Of a stretch of 37,084 nt of DNA, positions 1 to 8,500 are shown piece after piece. The DNA is from a virus (taxonomy: Duplodnaviria; Caudoviricetes). Every line of letters starts with the position of its first letter. The first letter of the stretch is position 1. Location of the stretch: positions 1 to 37,084 of IMG/VR virus record IMGVR_UViG_3300032225_000155. The stretch is one strand, 5' to 3'. Made by a program: the position numbers and the translations under genes. Below the pieces are notes generated by a model. That model was not told where the DNA came from. It did no database searches and saw only the letters and a program-made list of their open reading frames with translations.

Positions 1-155
1 CCAATGCGAACCATCACAACCATGTAACGCGACCCAACGAAATCCCGAAGGAGATCCTCCGGAATGTCGTCAGGGTGCATAGAAAGCGTTAAGACATAAC
101 CATTCTTGTCCTGTTTAAGAGCTACTTTGCAGCCTTCAAACTGAATGCTATTCAA
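1..155 (-). CDS. Partial phage hypothetical protein (runs off the left edge)
   Basis: Translated by hand (not in ORF track): TTG at 155, MNSIQFEGCKVALKQDKNGYVLTLSMHPDDIPEDLLRDFVGSRYMVVMVRI..., open to position 1. GGGAG SD-like sequence just upstream, 2 nt after the stop of the 158..424 ORF. Confidence 0.7.
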   Translation of the reverse strand, partial: MNSIQFEGCKVALKQDKNGYVLTLSMHPDDIPEDLLRDFVGSRYMVVMVRI

Positions 156-157
156 GA

Positions 158-424
158 TTACTCCCAAGGGTTGCTGTTAGTTGCTTCTGCTGGTTTCTCG
201 TAAGGCTCAGACGCGGCCAAGGACAAGAACTTCAAACCATCTTTAGATTCTTTTTTCCAAGCGCCCAAAGAAATCTTAACAGTTGCACCTTTAGATTTAT
301 CCATCATCTGAATAAGGAATGTCTTGTCTAAATGCACATCCCCGCGCATATCTGGATACTTATCGGTCTTCTTTTCGTTGTTTGGAAACAAAGCGCCGGT
401 GTTTGGTTTAACTTCAAAAGCCAT
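158..424 (-). CDS. Small putative ssDNA-binding protein (DUF736-like)
   Basis: PNTGALFPN..KYPDMRG..ISLGAWKK..FLSL pattern, short aromatic/acidic C-tail (NPWE), directly downstream of ERF, AAGGAG SD. Function is inferred. Confidence 0.55.
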   Translation of the reverse strand: MAFEVKPNTGALFPNNEKKTDKYPDMRGDVHLDKTFLIQMMDKSKGATVKISLGAWKKESKDGLKFLSLAASEPYEKPAEATNSNPWE

Positions 425-426
425 GA

Positions 427-1107
427 TTACTCCTTAAAGGTATTTTTAACTTCGGTAAATTTTGCCATCATCTCTTTAAAAAAGATGGCATCTTCTGCTT
501 TGACGGTATCAAATAGAACCTTGTTCTTTTTAAATATCGCCATCACATCTTCTTCGTTGGAACAAAGATCAAGCAACATATATGATGAAGTCTTAATCAT
601 TTGTAGCCAATCGGATACAGCACCCTCTGGTATGGCTGGGGCTACAATCTGCCACTCACCCTTTTGGCCAGCAATAGGTGCCTTAATAGGAACGACCTTT
701 GCTGGCTCAGGCTTTTTTACTGGCTCATCCTTTCCCATTACCGAATCTAAGGCGTCATGCTCTACGATTTCAAAAGCATTAGTCCATAGATAACGGCGAA
801 GGTAGGTCTGCACGGCTCCCAAGTTTTGCACATCGTGACAACCCTTGAGCGCAGCTGATGCCATTGGAGAGGTGAACGTAATAAACTGGCCAGCGTCCTC
901 CACATCGTAAATAGTCAAATACGCTGTATCGCCGGTAAATGATACGGCACCACACAAACCTACCTTATTGCAAATAGTTTGAATCGCCGGCAAAAAGTCA
1001 GCCAACTCAAAATATTCATAACCGGCAAACTTATTCTTGCCCGATTTTTTTAATTGCGTTGATTGCAGAATTATTCTGGCATCTTGCAATTTCTTGTATA
1101 CACTCAT
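427..1107 (-). CDS. erf: ERF-family ssDNA annealing protein (recombinase)
   Basis: ERF signature QNLGAVQTYLRRYLW, N-terminal KNKFAGYEYFELADFL, Pro-rich linker to a C-terminal helical region. Confidence 0.85.
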   Translation of the reverse strand: MSVYKKLQDARIILQSTQLKKSGKNKFAGYEYFELADFLPAIQTICNKVGLCGAVSFTGDTAYLTIYDVEDAGQFITFTSPMASAALKGCHDVQNLGAVQTYLRRYLWTNAFEIVEHDALDSVMGKDEPVKKPEPAKVVPIKAPIAGQKGEWQIVAPAIPEGAVSDWLQMIKTSSYMLLDLCSNEEDVMAIFKKNKVLFDTVKAEDAIFFKEMMAKFTEVKNTFKE

Positions 1108-1258
1108 TTTCTACCTCTCTGTAAAGTTCATTTAACTCCCCAATTGCATCTTGAATGCAATCCAACTTTGTTACTGGATCCAACCTTGACAGCCCTTCAT
1201 AAAACACAATCTGGGCTCCACCAATTGCCGGATCATACGCAAACTCAAACAGCTTCAT
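1031..1258 (-). CDS. Hypothetical protein
   Basis: 75-aa ORF filling the gap between nuclease and ERF. Overlaps the nuclease end by 14 nt and the ERF start by 77 nt. Confidence 0.55.
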   Translation of the reverse strand: MKLFEFAYDPAIGGAQIVFYEGLSRLDPVTKLDCIQDAIGELNELYREVENECIQEIARCQNNSAINAIKKIGQE

Positions 1259-2120
1259 TCTGATAATCCCTCCACTGTTGACACCAACTACTTACTGGGC
1301 AATACGACATACACCGAGTACGCTCGCCCGGACGATACTCAATTTCATACTCTTTACCAAGATCCTTGATGGCCTCTTCTGCCTTATCCTCTGCATCATA
1401 TAAAGACTTAGCACGGATATTGCCTTTTTTCTTAATCGCCCATACAGCCGGCTTTTCCCACATATCTTCAGGTGTGCAATTTGGCAACACACCTGATGTC
1501 TCAATATCAAAGTCACAGGCGCTGTGCATCGCAATCCGTTTAGAGATATAGCACTCTCGCTCAGCCATTGGCCACAACTTAATTGGCAGCTCTTTAATTG
1601 GAGACTCTGGATAACCTTCTTTGTGATTGGCATCGCGGCGGCTCCAATCGCGGATAATGGCCACAATACCCAAGTCCACTATCGGTGCCTGCTTAACTTT
1701 TTCTACCAACCATGCATAAATATTGAGCTGCAGCTCCCACTCAAACTTTTGTTTCATTACCGCCCACACGGATGTGGTTTTGTAATCGCGGATAGAAATA
1801 CCTTCTGGATGCAGTATCTGTAAATCAATCGCACCAGAGATATGCCAGCCATCTAACTCGGCATGAAGACGCTCTTCTACTAAATGGTTCTCATCTTTGC
1901 CGTGCTCCAAGACATTATGTAGAGCGCTACCAAATAAAGAAAAAACCATATCAGAAGCATCTTGTTCAATCTCATCATCAAACTTTCTCCGTAGTGCTAC
2001 TACTTTAGGACTGTCTAATAGCTGGGTTGCAGACAGATGAGCCTTGCCCTTGCTATAGGTAGGGCGATCTAAGACGTTGATAAACGTCTGTGGAATATTG
2101 AATTTGTTGGTAATTTTCAT
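1245..2120 (-). CDS. PD-(D/E)XK exonuclease (Cas4/RecB-like), likely partner of ERF
   Basis: HLSATQL, FGSALHNVLE, ISGAIDL...IRDYKTTS...QLNIYAWL, C-terminal CMSYCPVSSWC cysteine cluster, AGAGGAGA SD. Confidence 0.85.
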   Translation of the reverse strand: MKITNKFNIPQTFINVLDRPTYSKGKAHLSATQLLDSPKVVALRRKFDDEIEQDASDMVFSLFGSALHNVLEHGKDENHLVEERLHAELDGWHISGAIDLQILHPEGISIRDYKTTSVWAVMKQKFEWELQLNIYAWLVEKVKQAPIVDLGIVAIIRDWSRRDANHKEGYPESPIKELPIKLWPMAERECYISKRIAMHSACDFDIETSGVLPNCTPEDMWEKPAVWAIKKKGNIRAKSLYDAEDKAEEAIKDLGKEYEIEYRPGERTRCMSYCPVSSWCQQWRDYQNEAV

Positions 2121-2200
2121 GTTATTCTCCTCTTGTGTGTAAGCATATCACAAGTCATTAGGTTGTACCCACTATTAGTCACCTACCGAGATAAATATTT
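2121..2200. promoter_or_regulatory. Divergent intergenic region, probably holding promoters for the leftward recombination operon and rusA
   Basis: Only divergent gap in the window. Minus strand has an extended -10-like TGATATGCT, overlapped by inverted repeat CTTGTG-N11-CACAAG (2132-2154). No convincing -35. Confidence 0.4.
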
Positions 2201-2545
2201 ATGAATGTTGTTTTTTTGCCATGGCCGCCTAAAGAGTTGTCTCCCAATGCGTCTATCCATTGGGCTAAGAAAGCCAAGTTTAAAAAAGCCTACAGGCATG
2301 ATTGCTGGGCATTAGCCTTAGAAGTGGGCTTAAAAGCCCCACAAGGCGATAAAAAGATAAGGCTGAAGATAACCTTCTATCCGCCGGACAAACGCCACAG
2401 AGACGCAGATAATATGGTCGCGGCTATTAAGTCTGGATTGGATGGTTTAGCGGATGCACTAAGGGTAAACGATAGGTTATTTTTACCTACATTTATATTT
2501 TCTGATGAACCCAAAGGCTATGTTGAGGTTATAATAAACCCGTAG
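2201..2545 (+). CDS. rusA: RusA-like Holliday junction resolvase
   Basis: LPWPPKELSPN N-terminus, FYPPDKRHRDADN..AIKSGLDGLADALRVND catalytic Asp pattern. Confidence 0.85.
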   Translation: MNVVFLPWPPKELSPNASIHWAKKAKFKKAYRHDCWALALEVGLKAPQGDKKIRLKITFYPPDKRHRDADNMVAAIKSGLDGLADALRVNDRLFLPTFIFSDEPKGYVEVIINP

Positions 2546-2564
2546 TACCTTCACGAAAAGGTTT

Positions 2565-2591
2565 GGGGTGGCCTAAAACCACCCCTTTTTT
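2565..2591 (+). terminator. Intrinsic terminator between convergent genes (possibly bidirectional)
   Basis: Stem GGGGTGG (2565-2571) / CCACCCC (2579-2585) followed by T6 on +. On - it is followed by AAACCTTTT. Confidence 0.75.
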
Positions 2592-5500
2592 ATAAGCCGG
2601 CTTCTTTGCGGATCTGGATTACGTCTTCTAAGATTTCATTCTTAGTATTCTGAAGCTCTTGAATTTCTTTGCGGCGGTCGTCTTTAGAGAACTTAGGATC
2701 CCTTACTTCACCAACCCTGCGTATTTCCTTGTTAATTTCTTTGAGCGCGGACTCAATGCCGGTGACATATTCATAAGCAGCAATCTCTTTCTCATGCTTA
2801 TTGAAGTACTTGTCTGCTTCCTCATCTTTCTCACGCTCAATGAGTTTCATAAAGGTCTTGTGCTTAGGCTCAACCTCAGATTTAAGATCATAGAACAGGG
2901 ATTCTGGGCCGCGGCCTACGTCTCTATCCATGAGGCCACCCCATAACGGATTGTCTTTCTGTTCTGCAGTTGGACGATCACCAGAAAGCATATTAGAACC
3001 CCACATCACCACAGCGCCGTTAGTTCCAAAGATACCCCTGACTAAGTGATCCATCTCAATTGGATTTAATACACCGCCAGCAACTGCGCTAAGAACCTTA
3101 CCTAATTCAGAAGTGGATGCGTTGTACTGTTCTGCCGCGTCTAAATTTTCCAATCCTTTTGGAGTAATTGCGCCGCCGGTAAAGAAGTTGCGGTTAAGGC
3201 CAATCTCTACGGCTGGTTTGATACCAGTAGGAATAGGATTTGGGCCAAGCAAGGAGTCTATTGCAGCTTCAGCCAGAGCCTTACGCAATCTGGTGCCGTC
3301 TACTTCATTCTTGGTGCCTTTTTTGATAACGTAGTTCGTAATTAACTCTGGCATTGCCTTAAAGAAATAGGCTGCGGAAGTATTCATCGGCAATAAGATG
3401 TTGTCATCTACACCAATATATTTAGCTATGTTTTTAGGGATAACAAAGTTACGGGCTTTCTTTTGATCATCCATCTTCTCGTAGTCATCATTTCCGCCCA
3501 TAATCATTGTGTAAATCGTTGTCCACGCAGTCAACATTGCAGCTACTTTAAGCATAGATGCAAACGCAGCTGCGCGATTCTTGCCTTTTAAACCACCGCC
3601 GGCCAGAGCCTCAGCCAGTACATCTAACTGCTGGGCATAGGCATTCATAAATGATACTGAACGGGTAATGGCAACAACCATCTTAGCATTACCGTGTTTC
3701 TTAAAGTCAATGATGTTGTTAGATCTCATCAAGGCCAAAGTCTCATCACCAGTCTCAGCCAGTACACGCTTGTAAGTTGCTATACGCTGCGCCATATCGG
3801 ATGCATCACCAACCTTATCCAAGAAATTGGTAAATTTATTTAATTTGTTTTGTTCTATCAGACCAATCTGCTGTTTGTATTGCTGCTCTGGTGAGCGGGT
3901 ATAAGATTGGAATCCACCAATACCGTAGGCCTTTAAATGGCGGACGATTGGATCTTCTGAATTAAGGGCATTTAAGAATGATTTAAAGGTATCTGCATAC
4001 AGGATGGCGGAGTTCTTAGCGCCTAGGCCGGAAACCATAGCCGCGGTTGGGGCATCCATGAACAGCTGGCGTAATTGGAACTGTGGCCAAGTAGTAATAC
4101 CGCGGCGCAACAGGTTGGCCATAACTGCAAATATCTCAACTGCCGGCATATTGATGTTTTCCATACCAATAACCGCCTCAGCAATTAATGGATCTGGGAT
4201 GTTAACAATCACTCTTCTGCCGTTAACCACAATATTTAAACGCACACCGTTGTCATCTCTACCTTCTTCCCTGTAGAGTTTTAACTTGCCTTTCTTTTTA
4301 CCTTCGGTGTAACGTTCTGCGTACCGCGCGGCTACCATATTAGCAGCATGGTTACGCATAGAGTTACGGCCTAAAACGGCAGTGTTGTGCAGCATATTGT
4401 CTAGGATGTCATCAATCTCACCAAGGTTTTCTTGATACTTTTGAATAGCTTCATTAAATTGGTCAAGATCAATCTCGCCATCAATGTAATCTCTGGCTGC
4501 CTTATTGACAGCTGCGTTACGTTTAAAGACTTTTTCTTTGGCTACGTTGGTTAGGCTCTTGGTTGATCCACGGACAGGGGCGCTATGAACGTCTTCCATC
4601 TCATCTTGAATGCGCTGCCATGGAACGTAGTCTTCAATCTCACGTAAAGACTTAGCGCGCTTCTTACTGATAAGACCAGAAAACTCCATGTTGTCAAGGT
4701 TATTACTATTAACCGCTTGCCAGTTGTCCATCATATTTCTAAGCTCTGGATTGTCATCTTCCAGCGCGGAATAAATGTCAATGGACTCATCGCTTAATTT
4801 CACCTTACTTCTGGCAACGGCAATGTTATAGAAGTCGTTCTTGGCTTTTTCTACTTCATCCAAGGCGTCATAATACGCATCGGTGCCAAACTCTATCTTT
4901 TCGGCTTTTTCTTTGGCTTTCTCTACGATACCTTCTTGCTCTTGGAAAGCGTTCAAGATACTTCTAGAGCGCTTGGCCTCAAAGTAATCTTGAATCATGT
5001 TATTGGCTTCTTGGGCGCCAACGCGTTCAATCAAGTCATGCTTAGCCAACATCACATTGGCAAGGGATTCTTTAGCGTCTTCGGCGCGGAACATCTGTGA
5101 TTCAGTATCAAACATCAACTTACCACGCATGATGACCTGAGACATAATCTCACCGGAATGCAGGGCGTTGGTCAATGCTACAGAGGCAATGACCTTTTCT
5201 TGGCCGTCTCTGACCTGTCCGTTAAATTTCTTAACCTCGGCAACTTCTAGTCCGCGGCCATACCAGACACCTTTAATACGTGCGTAAGTTATCGCGCGGT
5301 CTAGCTTGCTGGCCATCTTATTGACAGCCAACATTGGGCTTTCTTTTACCGCCTTAGCTGCTTCTCTAGCCGCGCCATAAGATCCTAATAGCATATCTTT
5401 AACAGACTTAGAAGTCTTTAACTTAAAATCTTCACGGCCATCAGCTTCACGCTGGGCTAAATATTGCTCTCTTGCAGATCCTTCAAACTCCTCACCTTCT

Positions 5501-8500
5501 TCTTCAATGTTTTGAAGATCGCCTTTGTATTCACCTCTTAACAAATATCCAATCAAGCTGCCATGGTCTACACGTTGCATCTCACCTTTAAATATCTTGT
5601 TCATGGTTTTGTGAACGACATAAGTGTTGTTCATGCCAAAGAAAGACTTTAAACCCTCAATTAACCCCTTGATGGAATTAACAAATTTATCCCATGTGGT
5701 TCCAAGTTTTGCACGCATCATATCGGTACCATTGACAGCCCAATACTCGGATGGCGTTAGGTATTGATAAAAATCATATCCAAGGCCTTTTAAATTCTTA
5801 ATAGCATCATCATAATTTTCTTTGGTTGGGTTTTCTAAATATTCCATAACAGCATCAAAATAATCTTGGTGCTTTTGACCCGGATAGTTTTTAATTGCTT
5901 TTTCAAGAGATCTAGCCCATGCATCTACCACCACTTTTCTGGTATCCGCATCCATCATTTGTTCAAATGAGTGGGTTAATTCATGGCTAATTGTGTTTGG
6001 ATTGTCTACGCCAGAACCATTCTTCCAAAGGGTAACAATTCTAGAATATGGCGCAAAGTTTGCAGAGCTAGGGCTATTGGGATTTTTGTTCGCTCTAACA
6101 GACAACTGTAATCCATCTAATATTTTTGGATTGGTTGCATAAATGTGCTGGATAAATTCAGATACTTCAGGAGCTAAGTTGCCCTTCTTTTCCTCTTCTA
6201 CCGCTTTTAATTTAAAAGCAATAGGCCTTCTGTCTTCTTTATATGTAGCATCTAAATAGTTTTTTATATTTTGCTCTGACTCCAACAAAACATTAAGTTC
6301 TTTTTGTAATGGAAGCGTAGATCCAACTTTGGCAACTTCTTTGGTTTTGCGGCGGACAGCTGCTCTAACATTCCTGTATTCTTGCTGGCTGTCTTCTCTG
6401 TCTTTGTTAACTTGTTTGTTCAAGGCTCGCTCATACGCGCCGGGAGATAGCATCTCAAGAGTATTAGTACGAGCCGCATAATTTACTAATGTGTACCCTT
6501 CTTCATGGGCTTTACGGTCGTATTCTATCGCTTTTGCAGGGCTCAGTGGACCATTTTCTAATTCTGCACCATTAAAATAATCAATTGCCAACGGAATATA
6601 TTTCCAACCAAGCGCTTTGGCAGCCATAATCCGATGGTTGCCTTCGTTTACATAAGGCGTTCCATTTTGATAAACATTAATATATGGTGAGTAATGGGTT
6701 TTGCCATCCTGTTCAAATGGCAAGCGATTATTTTTACCCATGTAATCTGTTAAATATTTTAAATTACCAGATCTTACATTTCTTTGCTCATCATTCATGC
6801 CTTGAAATTTTGCAGCAATATCAACAGGGATTAATAATGTTCTTGTAGAAGAATTTACCACATTTTCTTTTGCTCTAAAATAAGCTGTTGCAGAACCAAA
6901 TCTTCTAGGAACGCCAGAAGAAAGTCTTCCATCTTCAATTGATTTTTCTTTTTTATGTCTTAGCCATTCGCCTCCGGGATTGGAGTCTAATAAAAATATA
7001 GGTGGAATTTCTACATCAGAAACCATATTCAATGGAATGTATGGCTCTTCTGTTGGCTTTTCGCCGCGCTTTTTAGCCTGACGCTCGCGGTTAATTTCTG
7101 CTTGAGTTTTGCGTGGCTCAGTGGCCTCTTGTTCTCTGCCAACAATCTTGCGCTCTACCTTAACCTCTTCTGTCTTGGTAGTTTTAGTGGCCGGCTTTAT
7201 CGTTTCACGAGTAAGGTCTTCGTTTGAAACCGTATTGGCAATATAGTCATGTACTTTGGTTTGATCATCTGGCACAACAAAGACAATAGACTTGTCCATT
7301 CGGTCACCTTCTTCCAACTTATCCATTACTTCTGGTTGTGCGTTAACACATCCATGGGATAAACGAGTGCCTTGACCAGTTGCTAAAGCTTGTTTGCGGG
7401 CGGCAGCATCAGCTTCTTTTAAATAAACCGTATGCATAAAGGCTACATTCCAACCTTCTTTTACGTTGCCTACTGTGTAGATAGTTCTGCCATCATAAGT
7501 AGCGCTGCCTTTTTCTTTTTTAACTCTAAGCGCGCCGGCAGGAGTAATCTGGTTGCCCTTAAATTCTGTTTGTCCAACATAAACGTCACCAAGGGATTTG
7601 CCTAAAACTACATTGTCTTTGAGCAATAGACTGCCGTTTGGTTGAAATACAAACGCCTTGGATGTTGGTTTGTCTACAATGGTAAATAGCTTATCGTTAG
7701 CCTGCATCTCAGGCTGCAACGCGGCAAACAGTATAGAGAACGCCTTCTTACCACTATCTGACATCTCACTAGCAGAATCGGGAACTTCAGCCCTGACTTC
7801 TTCAGTAGTTACCTTAGATGGGTAAACCACCACAGACTGCTCACTCATGTAGGCTGGATTAAATACCATAGCAACTGACAGCATACCGGCTTGCAATTTT
7901 GCAATGATGCTACGAATAGCTTTATCAATTGCCTCAGCACCTTTATTGGTGTAGGTAATAATGTCTTCACGAATACGCTTCATGAAGTCCATGCTGGAAT
8001 TTGGAATGCCGTAATGCTCTTCTAATGTAGCAATATCAGCATCGGATAGTTTGCCAACTTGATTTGTTAACAGCTTCATCTGGCTAGGAGTAATTTCCGT
8101 AGCCTCTACGTCAATAGTGCGTGATTCATCAACAAGTTTTGGCGTTCTCTCCATTGGATTGCCAGATTCATTGGTTGCAACGAATCCATATTTGGAATAG
8201 AGATCAGATAACTGCTCTTTAGTTATGCCTTTTTTCTCAAGCTGGGCTGGCTCTAAAAATACGGTATAACCATTTTTATCAGCAACATCAATTAAATCTT
8301 GCAAAGCTTGTTTAGCCAAACCTTGTTTGCGTTTTTCTGGATCAACAATTAAATGTTCAAATGTAATATCTTTTTCTTTGCCAATTCCTGTAGCAACCCT
8401 GCCATACTCTTTTCCTTGTTGTTTAAATAACAATTTATTCGGTTGCAAAGCAAGTCGTACACCATCTCTTTCAATAGTTCTATATGTATTTCCAGCTTTA

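Noticed and set aside
1245-2120. CRISPR-Cas locus suggested by the Cas4-like nuclease
   Set aside because: No repeat-spacer array or other cas genes; the ERF/SSB context indicates a phage recombination exonuclease.
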